A stretch of DNA of 64,000 nt from NCBI RefSeq assembly GCF_001447785.1, contig NW_015174273.1:2081204-2145203 (forward strand), given 5' to 3'. The notes below the pieces were generated by a model. The model did no database searches. It was not told where the DNA came from and saw nothing but the letters and a program-made list of their open reading frames with translations. The DNA comes from Gekko japonicus (taxonomy: Eukaryota). Below, piece by piece: positions 37,534 to 50,455 of this stretch. The position numbers and the translations under genes were made by a program. How positions within the stretch are numbered: the stretch's first letter is position 1; each line of letters begins with the position of its first letter.

Positions 37534-38469
37534 AATTGGATCCAGAGCAAAATTCCCACTTGTGCTAGAGCTCTTGCTCATGCAGAAACACAAGAAAAGG
37601 ATTTACAAAATAAATAATACTTATTCTACCCCCACTTGCATTTCTGCTTGCACAGTATCTGATGGAAACGATTTCTAGCCCTACAATATATAAGGAGAAA
37701 AGCACACAAGATCTTGCACAAGTGGAACTACACTAATTCTGTTTGTGTTTCTGCTTCCGCATATTCTCTCTTTTGAAGGCTTCGATGCAGACCTTTGACA
37801 ACCACATCATATTACTGTGCAGCCCTTTTGCTTCTGAGCAGGTTTTTTTGCTTCCTTTTAAAAAACAAAATGATAAAAATAGCAACAAAAATCTTTGTTA
37901 CTTTGAAAAGTAGATGACAGAGTTTTCCTTAATGGCTCATTTCAGCTCCAAATGGCCTATTGGAATAAAACAGCTTGAAATCAGAAATAAAGCCTTTGCT
38001 CACTGACAGTATAACAAAAGAAGACAAAAACATTTGTTAAAAAGAGCCCTATCAAAGTACATCAATATTGATTTTTGTGTTGTTGCTGTTGAATGCTATT
38101 ATAGAGGTATTCTAAAAATCCCTATAATACCCAATCTTATATCATTAACAAAACAGTACAGCATAACAAAACAAAACAGTATATGGTGGGGTTTTTTTTA
38201 CCTAGTGGGGTAAATTCTACCATAGGTGCATGAATCACTGTTGATTCTATACCTGCTAGCCTAGTGCGATGTGTTCCATTGAATGCCGAATCTAATACTC
38301 AAAAAAAGCATGTCAACCAGTTAACAGAAAGTTCTTTGAAATAAAGCTGTCTTATTACCCTTCCTGAAAGTAGTCATGCAATAGCTCTAGCGGAAAGGCC
38401 ATGGACCAGATCACCACTGAGCTCAATGTTTGAGGAAAGACAAGAGCTGGCGTAGTGACCAGCAAGTAG

Positions 38470-38732
38470 TAGGGTTGTCAGGTTCCCATCTGGGCAGGGG
38501 TTCCCCTGCTTTTGTGGACCCCTTTCTGCCAATGGCCAGCTGGCTGGTGGGGGGAACACCACCTCCAAATGTCACCTAATGGCATCGCCTAGAAGTGATG
38601 TCATCACATTGCCAACGTCAGGGGGTGGCACTCTAGTTTTTGGGCAAAACTGTATGGTAAAATTGGGCTCAAACCACAGAGTTTTGCCCAGAAACTAGAG
38701 TGTCACCCCCGATACCAGCGATGTGATGATGC
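38470..38732. mobile_element. Partial TAGGGTTGCCA-family MITE with long internal palindrome
   Basis: Begins tagggttgtcagg, with inverted arms gggggtggcactctagtttttgggcaaaact / agttttgcccagaaactagagtgtcaccccc. Confidence 0.65.
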
Positions 38733-40673
38733 AGCTGATAAAAACTAATTTACACTTCACTTTTACATTTCTCTAACTGCAAAAGAAAAAAAAACCTGTA
38801 AAAATTTCCTGTAACTTTCATAACAAAATCCTGTGACAACAGTTAAAAGTAGCAATCAGTCTAATACCTACAAGGACCGCATCAACTGAAATCTTAAGTC
38901 TCATTGAAGTTAACTGTTTTCTTCTCAGTTCCACTTCCATCAAGTTCTAGTTGTTGGGATAAATTAAACATTTTACCTCTGTAAAAGGTACTGAATGTGA
39001 ATTAAGGGCACCTAAAAATAGTTCATCTGTACTTTTGCACGATAGGCTTTACAGAACATGGAAGCTGTCACCATGGATCAATTCAACAGTCTATTTAGTT
39101 TGGAGCACTTGGTCTGTGCCACCATGCCAAAAGAAAGATAATTAAACAATCAAGGTTGGGAGTGAAAGACTCCACCACTTCAGTTCAGAGTTATTGTGCA
39201 GACTGGCTACTTTCTGCAAGGTCGCCTCAACAGGAGACGATAGCCTTCCGAGACACTCTTGCAGGTCACCACCATCTAAGCATGATACAATTCCACCATC
39301 CCAGAACGCAGCTGCTACACCACAGAGGCACTTGTGGAATTTTGTGTGTGAAGCTCTGCTTGCCCGTCCAAGAAAGGCAATAGTTCGGCTTGAATTCAAG
39401 CCACTGATTGACTCTGCCTTATGAAAACAGTTGGCATCCTGGAAAATGAAAATAATCGGTGCAACCAAAGCATATCATGTCCATGTGACTCCTCTTCGAA
39501 ATCCAGATGATGAAGCTAATCAAATTTACTTCCTGTGAATCCAGCACTGCACAAAACAAAGAAAGCGCACTAATGTACCTTATTTTCTTTTACATGCTGT
39601 GGGAACACCAAAGCAAGGGGCTTCTAAAGGTTTTCTCTTATTTTTGTATAACTGGACTTCAGAGGCAAATTACAGGTCGCTCTCTGCTTATATGCATTAA
39701 CTGGAGCTTCTTGACATTAGGAGAACACTGGTATGGATCCGGCTATTGGTGGACTTCATAAAGGAGGACTTTCCCACTTCCCCACTTCCCCTCCTCCTTC
39801 AGTACGCTGACTCCCCCAGGTTTTGTTCCTGGGGTCAGCAGACCCTCATCAGCAGCCTAGGAAACAAAGTGGGGGTCTGCAGAGGGAGGGGAAATCACTG
39901 CCCTCCTTTCCTGCAAATGGAAACACCATTTTGTCAGAGGAACAGTTTGGTTGGATATATGCCATTAGGTTCATCTTTCAGATTAGCGACAAAGGACAAG
40001 CCCCAAAGTAACAACACTTAAATACTTGTCACCTCACTATATGGGTGAGAACTATTCCCTCTTGGCTCACATGGGATCAACAAAGGTTCAAACCTCTAGT
40101 CTGGCCACATCCCCTCTTGCCTAAAAATGGCAACTGGTGAAGGAATTGCTGAAGGGGACAAGATGCAGGTTTCTTCTATTCCCAGGTCTCTTGCTATCTG
40201 CAGGATGTGGCTACTGTCTCCTTTGATTCCTTTCATCGGTACTTTTTCATTTCCAGCTCAGCTGGATCACTCAGTCTCACTGTAGTTTCAGTTCCCTGGT
40301 TCCACCAGAGGGTTTCTGCAGAGGGAAGGATTTCCGTCCATAGAGCATGACTTTCTCACCTCCCGCTGCAGCCTGAAATACTGCTTCTTTCCATCTGCAG
40401 AAATGCTCCATTGATCAAGCCAGTGCTTATTGGTTTACTGTGTTCCCTAGCAGTGGTGGAATAGGATAGCAGCAGAAGCAGAAACCTGTCAGCTAGTAGT
40501 TGTTTCCAGTTGGGGCTGAAAACATTCCCACAGCAAACCCAACACCAGTTACTTTTCAGCAAGTTCTGGCTTTTCTGCAGAAATAAGCAGAGTGTTCTAG
40601 TGCGGTTAATGTATTATTTTGCCTCTCTGTCTCCTGCCTCAAATGCTACCTTGCGTGCTGGCAGCTTCCAGCC

Positions 40674-40874
40674 GGAACACACATGAAACTGCCTTAGACT
40701 GAATCAGACCATCGAAGTCAGTATTGTCTACTCAGACTGGCAGCAGCTCTCCAGGTTCTCAGGCAGCGGTCATTCATATCCCCTGCTACCTGATCTTTTT
40801 AACTGGAGATGCTGGGATGGGACCTGGGACCTTCTGCACACCAAGAAGATGCTCTACCAGGGAGCCACAGCCAC
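40674..40874 (-). mobile_element. Squam2-like tRNA-derived SINE with CR1-type 3' end
   Basis: Minus strand gtggctgtggctccctggtagagcatcttcttggtgtgcagaaggtcccaggtccc...ggtctgattcagtctaaggcagtttcatgtgtgttcc. Confidence 0.75.
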
Positions 40875-41349
40875 AGACCTCACCTCAAGCATGGAAAGAG
40901 ATGACAAAAACTCTATTCTTCCTTTCCAGGTCAGAAGACTCAGGCTTGAGATGCTGCACCCTAGCACATTCCAGTAATATTCTCAGATTATGGTTAGAGT
41001 ATTCAAGGAAGTGAGGAATTGTTAAAAACACTCTCTCTCGTTGCACTGGAGGACCATTCAAATGCAAAACAGGGATCAAAGTGGATGAGGAGCTGTGGAA
41101 GACCCCAGCCTCACATCCTGATAGTCTAACAATACAGGGTATTTGTGCTTTTATTGCCTTAGAGAGCTTTTCTCATAGGATGTGGCATGAAAGTGCACCA
41201 CAGACATTCGGTAAAAATACCACCAAAATGCACAGACCTCTTTGTGATGCTCCAGAGTAAATCCCATAAGCCATTCCAGTTTCTCTAATCCATTCCAGAG
41301 TTTTGGCACAGCAAAATGCCACGCTCTTACAGAAGTCCATCCACCTCTA

Positions 41350-41710
41350 CGAACATGTCTTTAAAGCATTCATATCCCACCTTATCTCTTCAGACTCATG
41401 GCAGCTAACAATGCAACACCCAGTTGAAAGGACACAAATTTCAACATCCAAGTAACAAACTTGAAAGCGCACAAAATTTAAAAAGCCGCCAAATGTGCCA
41501 CCTGGTAGGCCACTCCAAGGGAACAGATCCACTATTGACCAGATCCTAGCTGTTGTCAGATGCACAGTCCTATGCCAGGAGAAGCCTACCTGAGGAGCAT
41601 AATTGGGGCATGGGAATATATCTGGAGATGCACTTTGATAAATATGAGGCCTTAGGCCATGAAGCACTTCAATAACCAATAACCAGTACTTTGAGGCCTG
41701 GCAGCAGAGA
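41350..41710 (-). mobile_element. Old L2 3' fragment
   Basis: ggccttaggccatgaagcacttcaataaccaataaccagtactttga is the antisense of L2 FKVL...KALHGLGP. Confidence 0.55.
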
Positions 41711-41940
41711 GGGAGGGGACAGACTAGGATTTTTCTTTTCACTAGCATGCAAGAGCTCTATCTTTCTCTGCCTATAAGGTAGATCCTGGAAAACCTACTT
41801 GGCTCTTAAGCTTTGCAAAATAAAAAAAATATATAAATAAAGCCGCATCCCTGTCAATTAGAATACAGTCTACGCATATTACCGAACTGGAAAAATGTAT
41901 GCCATGAATTCACTGAGACTGCTAATCATTATGTACTTAC

Positions 41941-41991
41941 AGGAAGATGTATTTGTTCCTTCAGTGGAGGCTGATATCTTCTCTATAGGCT
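41941..41991 (-). CDS. NRG1: NRG1 spacer exon s2 (51 nt, phase 1-1)
   Basis: ttctgtatattgcag|AGCCTATAGAGAAGATATCAGCCTCCACTGAAGGAACAAATACATCTTCCT|gtaagt encodes (E/Q)PIEKISASTEGTNTSS, compared with human ESPIRISVSTEGANTSS (recalled). Exactly 51 nt. Confidence 0.92.
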
Positions 41992-43047
41992 CTGCAATAT
42001 ACAGAAGGCAAGATGATAATGGGGATCTGTAAGCTGTGCTTTAGCCTGGAGTTAGCCTTTCCAGGAAAGGAAAATGGTTTTTAAAAAAATAAAAGGAAAA
42101 CGCTCTGGAAAGCAAGAAACTTCAAAGTAAGTACAAGATGTCTTAGGCAAGCTGTGGGGAAAAGTGCTACTACAGTTGGCGGAAAACTGGCAGAACTTGG
42201 GAAGATGTTTTTCAGTTGTTTCTAACAGCACAATGGATCAGTCATTGTGGAAGGGATTACGTATAAGGCCAGGGATGAAAAAAGACAATTCGTTTGTCGA
42301 TTTGAAGACTCCATGCTACATGAGAAAAAGGCTATGTTTAGATGGCTCTACGAAGACTAAGAGTCCATAAGAAGTGCCTAATTTAGGAAATATCCAGGGC
42401 AGGGAAGCGGGTTTAGTGTCGAAATGTGGCAGACAGGTGAAAGAAGTTTTCAGTGAAAAGAAATCCAACTTGAAGTGGCTTGGAAAGTGAGAAACAGGGA
42501 ACGATACATGCTAGCAGTCAAGAGAATTTATGAACCTAGAAACTAACAAATAAGGAGAACTGAGAGAAATCAGAATTGTCTAGGCTTCTGAAATTGTCAA
42601 CTTTTGTTAATCTTCCCTACAAGTTTAAAGCAAGGTTGAAGATCTCCTTAGCTAAATGCAAGATCAAACACATGCCAAGAAGCTTTATCAAGTTGCAGAC
42701 TGAGGACAATTTCAAAGCAAATGACTGAGGCCCCTTTTTTGATCTAGCTCAAAAATGCAGGCAATTTCATTCCACCAACAACTTCTGTTATACCAAAAAA
42801 ATAAATAAATCCAGAAGAGCTAATGACGTGTCATCCACTTTCCATTGCTACAAAGCTGACAAATGAGCAGAACCAAGCAGCAGCATGCAGTTAGAGCATG
42901 CAAGACCTGAACGAGGGCAGATTACCATTTTGCGAATTTGTAAGGGGCAATTCACAGAGAATATAAATGTGGCCCTCCTTGTAAATACTTTGTGAACCCT
43001 ACCTTGAAAAAAATCCTGTAAGGAGAAACTTAAAATAGATTTGGTGC

Positions 43048-43048
<1 letters not shown>

Positions 43049-43092
<44 letters not shown>
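43049..43092 (+). repeat. (ATT)n microsatellite between the spacer exons
   Basis: About 14 perfect units. Confidence 0.95.
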
Positions 43093-43604
43093 TAAAGCAC
43101 AATGTCCTTATGGAGGAACCGGAGCCAACATAAACAGTAAAAGCAAAAGAGCATCAACTATGATATGAACGTGTTTTAACTTTCCAGATTAAAACACTGA
43201 AATCCAGCACTGCCATGCTATAAGAAGGGCACATGCAACAGCGGAGGAAATTAGAGGCATCTACATGCTGGGCCAAACAGAAAACTGTTAAAGAAGAATA
43301 TAGGACCCAGCAGGCTGCTATTTTTAAACCGCGTCCTCTTGAGCTCTACCACTCCTGACAGGTTGTTGCAGTGGATAACTTAACACCATGTTTAAAGTTG
43401 AGAGAGTCTCTAAAACTCTAGCAGAGAGCTCATTTATTGCTTTAAATGAAGTGAAGATTTAGATTTCCAGGAAATCAGATGGTTGCTTTTTTACCCTTCT
43501 GCATGCTGAAGCTCTAGCTACAGGCAAACTGTAGAGAAAGGTGGAGTGAAGACCTGAGTGTGAAGAATTAGCTGAAGAGGGACAAATCATTTAATTTGAC
43601 TTAC

Positions 43605-43655
43605 GTGAAGATGTGTTTGCTCCTTTGGTCAAAACTGGTATTGTGTTGGTGGGTT
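43605..43655 (-). CDS. NRG1: NRG1 spacer exon s1 (51 nt, phase 1-1)
   Basis: ttgttttgttttgcag|AACCCACCAACACAATACCAGTTTTGACCAAAGGAGCAAACACATCTTCAC|gtaagt encodes EPTNTIPVLTKGANTSS. It is 51 nt long, lies in the expected position 1.6 kb upstream of s2, and compares with human s1 EIITGMPASTEGAYVSS (recalled). Confidence 0.88.
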
Positions 43656-46613
43656 CTGCAAAACAAAACAAGAATCAGTAGCATTTATACCATGACTTGA
43701 CTGTGTCTCTGCATTGCCAGGCGTACAAAAAAACTTGTCTGAAAAAATGTGGAAATACAGCTGGGGGGGGGGGGGCAGGGTTAACCCAAACTTCTAAAAT
43801 AAATCAACAGGGATAATTGCTATAACTGGCCTCAAATATTTGGAGGAATCTCTTTTTGTCAGAAAAGTGAAATGTTTGACAGCCATTGCTGGAAGAAAGA
43901 AAGGACCAGTTCCTCTTGGGTGAGCTGCTTTGAGGTTCCTCTTTCTATGATCCATCATTCCCTTTACAGAATAATATCTGGTAACATCTGGACTAGGATT
44001 AATATTACATTTCACACAAGTAAACGCTGTGTGCTCTGGCAAACAGGGCTCCAATGAATGATTCAGCAGAAATAACTGTCAGAGAGAAAAAAACCAGCTC
44101 TGAGTGTCTGTTTTCAGAAATGAAACTACATTTTAGTGCTGCATCAGGATGAACACACAAAAACTTCAGTTAATCCACGAACAGAATGCACAACACTGTG
44201 TAATACATGAGGTGTCTTGGCAGAGCATTCTGCTGTAAGTAATACTCCATTCTTAGGAGAAGGCTGGGATTGTTTGTCTCACAAAATAACATTTACTTAT
44301 ACCGGGGCCAAAGTATAGTCTTTCAGTTCACTTTTCTCCATGGAACTTCTTTGTGAATTTTCCTTCTGTGGTGTAAAGATGTGCATGTGTCAACACTGTG
44401 CATTGTAGCTCTCTGATGACTCAAGTGTCCTCATTCCAACATGGAATATGAGAAAACACCAGGACAATCTCATTTCAGGACATACCATGATCATTCTAAT
44501 ATGGCATCGTAAGAACAGGAATAAGAAATCTCAAACACTTGAAGGGGTGATGACAAAATAACTGCTAAAACAAGACAGATGGGCAGATGGGAATCCAGTT
44601 CTTTGGCCTTCCAAAGCTCTTTAAAATCAGTGATTTTTTCCTATTAATTTTTCCATTCCTCTAATTGTTCACACAGAATGTGTGTTGACTTTTATCTAAT
44701 GTATACTTTCCAGAGTTCCAAGACAAGCATGCAGCTACTGTTTTCCATTTTCAAGTTGTATGTGAATTTGAAGTATAATAATTTTTTTTCACTTGTAACT
44801 ACTTCACATGTAGTTGTGCTAGAAAAAGATGCAGGCCATGGGGCATCAAATACAACAATTATGATCCTCTCCTCACCCCAGAGAATGCTTTTTAGGCACA
44901 GAATCATAATTCTTTACTTTTATCAAATATTTTCAGCTGGTATGTATAACCAACTATTTATGTTTTGATCATTTCCACAAATGCAAACCCCTCTCCCAAC
45001 TCTTCCTTGTAGCAAAGTTTTTCCATAAACGTTAAAGGCTTCCTTAGGACACTTTACTGCTTTTCATCTCCGTTGCACTGGCAAAACATTACATCCACTT
45101 TTCTTTAACACCACTTTGGGTAGTGTAAAATAAAAAGCCCAGGTGAGGTCAAAGAATCTGGCAATGCACAGAATATGTGCAAATGTAGTTGATAGAAAGA
45201 GAATTTTCACAGTTTTTACAGATATATAGTCATTTGCTCAGTTTTACTGCTGAGCTGCCCAAGCAATTAGCCTTTTTAAAATCACAACAGGGAGGAAAAG
45301 GAATTCTCTCAGCAGAGGTGCCTGTCATCAATTAGACAATTCCAAAACAATACTTTCTTTGCCTCTTAAGGAACAGTGTTCCACCTGGAAATGGTATAAA
45401 GTGGAATGGGAGTGATTCCACAGGGTCTTCTCCTGACTCCATAAAGAGAAAAGCTACAGCAGAGGCAGTTCCATTAAATCCAATGCTTACTAGATGTAGA
45501 TGGGGGAATCTTGCTTGCAGATTTGATATAACTTTAGAACAGAATGATACCTAAAAATGCTTGAAACACAATTCAGTGGGGAAAAACCAGGCAATGAGAA
45601 CACCACCAAGCAATGTTGGTACAGTTGCAGCATAGGGATGAACAGTATTGTAGCATAGGGATGAAGAGTATGAGCTAACAGAATGGAAGTCCTCAACTCA
45701 ACACTCATCTACAAAGTCACTGGGCAGCATTACCCAAGACAATATCATCTATAACATGTGCTGCTGTAAAGATACTGAACTATACTGTCAACACTACAGT
45801 ATATTTTGGAAAAACTAAAATCATTTAAAAAACCACTACAGAATTCTAAGTGCTCTAATGGAAGTTAACAGTCATGTATACCCAGGAATCACGATAAGTT
45901 ATAACTATCAGATCAGTACACAGCTGGTACAAAAAAAGCACTATTTCAATGAAGCTAAGATTTTGGCTCCATCAAAGAAAAACAGGAACCAGATAAACAG
46001 AAAACAGGAAGAAGTTAACTTGAGGAATTGCAATGCTTGCTCCAGTGCTTGCCAAAGGCAGATGGCAACAAGATTTCTGGACGAGAGACAATTGCCTTCT
46101 ACAGATTCTCAGATTTGAGGGAATATGGACTTGGAGACCCACTATCTTCTTTCAAGTGATGAAGCACTTCTTCTAGGAAAGCCACTGCAAGGTTCAGCAC
46201 AGGAAATAGAAAACATTTGCCTGTGCATCTTCCCCCTTTTCAGGTAAAATGCTGAGTGGAAGTTCATGAGAAAATGAGAAACAGTTTAAAGATGGTCTCT
46301 GTAGCCCAACAAATCCTCTGAAAGATTCAGTCACTGGCTGCATCTTAAATATAATCCTTTGTTCTTATGCACTGACCTCATTGGTTAAGAAACAGAAAAG
46401 TTCCTTGCTCACACAGGAGACTCAGCAGGCATGACTCCTGAATCAACCATTAAAAAAAAAAAAAAGCTTCCATACTGGATGATGGATGATCAATACTGGG
46501 GGTTGCTGTAACAACTGCTTGCAAAGTTAGAATTGTTTAGCAACTTTGTCACATTAATCTTGGGGAAAGCTGTCAGATCACTTAACACATGATGTAAGCA
46601 TAGCATAGAATAT

Positions 46614-46778
46614 GGGCTCTTTTTGTAGCAGGAAGTCCTTCGCATATTAGGCAACACACCCCTAATGTAGCCAATCCTCCAAGAGTTTAGAGTAGCCCCT
46701 GTAAGAAGAGCTCTGTAAACTCTTGGATTGGCTAAATGAGGGGTGTGCCGCCTAATATGCAAAGGAGTTCCTGCTACA
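46614..46778. mobile_element. Palindromic CAGGGCT-family MITE
   Basis: tgtagcaggaagtccttcgcatattaggcaacacacccctaatgtagccaatcc and its near-perfect inverse ending ...ggagttcctgctaca. Same family as 30433-30616. Confidence 0.75.
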
Positions 46779-47337
46779 TGAACCTTTCAGAACAACAAAC
46801 TAATCCAATAATCTTTGCCTTATAATAGTTGGGATTGCTTGTTTTTTAGAACCCAAAATCAAGAGATGTAGGGCTTTAATTTTCAAGATTAATAATTCAG
46901 GCTTGAAATGATGGCTATGGAATCAATGGAGAAGGCCAAGTTCACTGAACTCAACTAGAAATCTTGTAACGAGTTCAATGGGTCTGAATGGTTAGTTACT
47001 TTACCACAACAACACCTTTGATTTTTCAAAGATTACTGGTGCCAGCCTCTATGTTTTTAAACTATAAATCAGCATGATATGTGATTCCTGGCAACAGTTA
47101 ACTCCAAAGAGAAACATGTAGAAATAAATTATGGGGAAAACCTGTAAAATGAATACATGATGCACAATGAAGATAATTAACAGTTATGTCCAGATCTGCA
47201 AACACAAACACAGATCTCCTGTATTGTATGGAGCATCTTTAACCAGCCTGGGCTGGTTCACCAAATGTGACCCTTCTTAGAGAGGCAGGATTTGGTTACA
47301 ATTATTCGTGTACTTGCTATTTCTAATAGGCTGTCTT

Positions 47338-47610
47338 CCAGTTTGGTGTAGTGGTTAAGTGTGCAGACTCTAATCTGGGACAACCGGGTTCGATTCCCCA
47401 CTCCTCCATTTGCATCTGCTGATGTGACCTTGGGTCAGTCACAAGCTCTGGCACAGCTGTTCCTGAAAGAGCAGTTTGTGTCAGAGTTCTTTCAGCCCCA
47501 CCCACCTCACAGGGTGTCTGTTGTGGGGAGGGAAAGGGAAAGGAGTTTGTAAGCCGCTCCGAGACTCCAAATGAAGGGCGGGGTATAAATCCAATCTCTT
47601 CTTCTTCTTC
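47338..47610 (+). mobile_element. Squam3-like SINE, (CTT)n tail
   Basis: ccagtttggtgtagtggttaagtgtgcagactctaatctggg...ggtataaatccaatctcttcttcttcttc. Confidence 0.87.
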
Positions 47611-47700
47611 CTCTGAGATCATCGCCTGAGGACTTTATCCATCTGTTTTAAGAGGTGAGATGTGGAAAAGCTAATAGCATGGCCTATTGTCATGGCATGG

Positions 47701-47841
47701 GGCCATGGTGGCTCAGAGGTTAAGACGCTGAGCTGCAGACAGGAAGGTTTTGGCTACTTTTATTAACACAAACTACAAGCTGCCAAACTACAGACCTTCT
47801 GGTCTGCAGTGCAGCATCTTAACCTCTGAGCCACCGTGGCC
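47701..47841. repeat. Inverted pair of Sauria-SINE-like 5' heads
   Basis: ggccatggtggctcagaggttaagacgctgagctgcagacaggaaggt (47701-47748) and its inverse (47794-47841). Confidence 0.8.
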
Positions 47842-47859
47842 TTATTTAACTGTGTTAAT

Positions 47860-48962
47860 TTGTTGTTGTTCAGTCACACAGTTGAGTCCGACTCTTCGCG
47901 ACCCCATGGACCAGATCACGCCAGGCCTTCCTGTCTTCCGCCATCCTCTGAAGTTGGCTCAATTTCATGTTCGTTGCATCTATGACACTGTCTAACCATC
48001 TCATCCTTTGCCGTCCCTGTTTTCTTTGACCTTCAATCTTTCCCAGCATCAGGGTCTTCTCCAATGAGTGCTCCCTTCTCATTTGGTGGCCAAAGTATTT
48101 GAGCTTCAGTTTCATTATCTGGCCTTCCAGGGAACAGTCAGGGTTGATTTCTTTTAGGATTGACTGATTTGATCTTCTTGCAGTCCAAGGGACTCTCAAA
48201 GAGTCTTCTCCAGCACCATAGTTCAAAAGAATCTATTCTTCGACGCTCGGCCTTCATTACAGTCCAACTCTCACAGCCATACTTGACTACTGGGAATATC
48301 ATTGCTTTGACCATGTGGACTTTTGTTGGCAACGTGATGTCTCGACTTTTTATCATGCTGTTTAGGTTCGCCATCGCTTTCCTCCCAAGGAGCAGGCGTC
48401 TTTTAATTTCATGGCTGCAGTCAGAGTCTGCGGTGATCTGGGATCCCAGGAACATGAAGTCTGTCACTACTTCCACGACTTCCCCTTCTATTTGCCAAGG
48501 AGTGATGGGGCCGGATGCCATGATCTTAGTTTTTTTGATGTTGAGCTTCTAGCCTACTTTTGCGCTCTCCTCTTTTACTCTGAGCAAGAGGCTCTTTAGG
48601 TCCTCTTCACTTTCTGCCATTAGAGTGGTATTGTCTGCATATCTGAGGTTGTTGATCTTTTCCCCGGCAATCTTAATTCCTGCTTGTGATTCATCCAGGC
48701 CAGCATTTTGCATGATATACTCTGCACATATATTAAATAAGCAAGGTGACAATATACATCCTTGTTGTACTCCTTTTCCTATGCTAAACCAATCAGTTGT
48801 TCCATATCTTGACCCCTATACAGGTTTCTCAAGAGACATGGATCACTGCCCTGAAGTGGCGAGGGAGCTTGCGTGGTTCGATGAGGCTGTGGACTATGCC
48901 GTGGAGGGCCACCCAGGACGGACAGGCCACAGCAGAGAACTCAGAGCAAGTGTGATCCACTG
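47860..48962 (-). mobile_element. BovB LINE 3' part with inverted 5'-region segment
   Basis: 47860-48840 is antisense BovB RT/C-terminus with a (CAA)n tail. 48837-48962 (catggatcactgcc...atgccgtggagggccacccaggacggacagg...tgatccactg) resembles the BovB 5' region (recalled) in the opposite orientation. Confidence 0.85.
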
Positions 48963-50335
48963 AGCGTGATAAAAATAATTAAATTAACACGAATCAATAA
49001 AACTTACTGGGGATTAGCTATATAACTTGAAATACAAATGTTGCTTTGTATTTCCCATGATAATCTCCTACCTGGCACCACAATTTTGTACAAGCAGTAC
49101 ATCTGTTCATTAACATTTACCTTATCTTTTGAAATGGAAAGGATGGCATGGAACTGAAGTTCTGTTTCCAGAGCCATAATGTTAATTTACCCATGCCAAG
49201 GATTAGACTTATAACATCTTGCCTAACATTTAAAAAATTGCCACTGATCTCTAAATTGTCTTCAGTGATGGAAACTGAAGGGGTAAAGCAGCAAACATCT
49301 GGCAGAATCCAGCATGCCTCCACTGAGAAAAAAGAAATGCACACATATATTTACACATTGACCCTATTCGTTCTTACACCAAACACAGAAGTAAGAAAAA
49401 TAAATACAAGGAAGGAGAATCGTGTATTTCTGAAGTAAAGTTTGTACCAAAAGTCAAAAAGTTGGGGGCAGTGGGAATTACAAAGGCACAGAACTTCAGG
49501 AAACGAGATCTCTTATAAACAAGCCTAAATATAGATACTGAATATATTATGTTTGGCACATGTACCTGGAAATGTTGTTCTTAATTTACACAAAATGTTA
49601 TCGGTGCCCTTCATTAGGGTTTAATAAGATCCTTAAAATATTACAAAGCCTGTATACCACAAAGATGCAAGAATCTTTTGTAGAGGAAAAGAGTGACAAA
49701 TTAGTTTGCGAAAGGCAATTAACATAATGTACCCAAACCCCAGAGTTTGCTATTTATATCACACTTTCCCTCTCCCAGAGAACTTCACACAGCCATCCTG
49801 ACCTCAATTACTCTCTCCTAAGGAGGGCTGAATGGCAAAATAAAAATCCTTTTTAACAAGCATGCAGGGAAAGCTCTTGCAATTTTAAGAACAGAGAAAA
49901 CATGACCACTACAAATGCCAAATTACTGTGGCCTTAACTATTTCTATGTACTGCTTTGACTGGATCTTAAATTATTATAGTATTTACTTTCAAGGTGACC
50001 CAGATGAGAAATTTTGGCTCCCCCCCCCCACATCCAATGAGGTGACCACACCACAAAATCCCCCAATAAATGTAAGGAAGTCTCCAAGAAGCGAAATTTA
50101 ACTGATAGGAAGACCAGCATAAAGGTTACAACTTGCTAGTGCTAACAAAGGAGGAGAGAACAGCAAACAAGAAGACAAGTTTAACTGGTACAGAAAGAGC
50201 AGTGGACAGCAAAACAAAACAAAAAACCCTTTCAAATGTATGTTAAAACATGGCCAATGAATAATTCACACCTGTCTTCTCAGGAAAAAAGCCCTGTAGA
50301 GAGGTTTCCTTTCTAGTTTCTGAACCAAAGAACAA

Positions 50336-50455
50336 GCACTGGTGGACCTCCTGATGGCACCTGGTATTTCTGGCCACTGTGTGACACAGAGTGTTGGACT
50401 GGATGGGCCTTTGGCCTGATCCAACATTGGCGTCTCATATGTTCTGATGTTCTTA
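50336..50455 (+). mobile_element. CR1 3' stub
   Basis: ggccactgtgtgacacagagtgttggactggatgggcctttggcctgatccaac...atgttctgatgttctta. Confidence 0.8.

Noticed and set aside
39142-39468. 108-aa minus-strand ORF behind a good acceptor
   Set aside because: The NRG1-compatible phase stops after six codons and there is no recognisable homology.
44297-44365. Possible extra spacer exon
   Set aside because: Stop codon in the NRG1 reading phase and a weak donor.
45491-45550. 60-nt segment with AG/GTAAG boundaries
   Set aside because: In-frame TAA in phase 1 and no similarity to NRG1.
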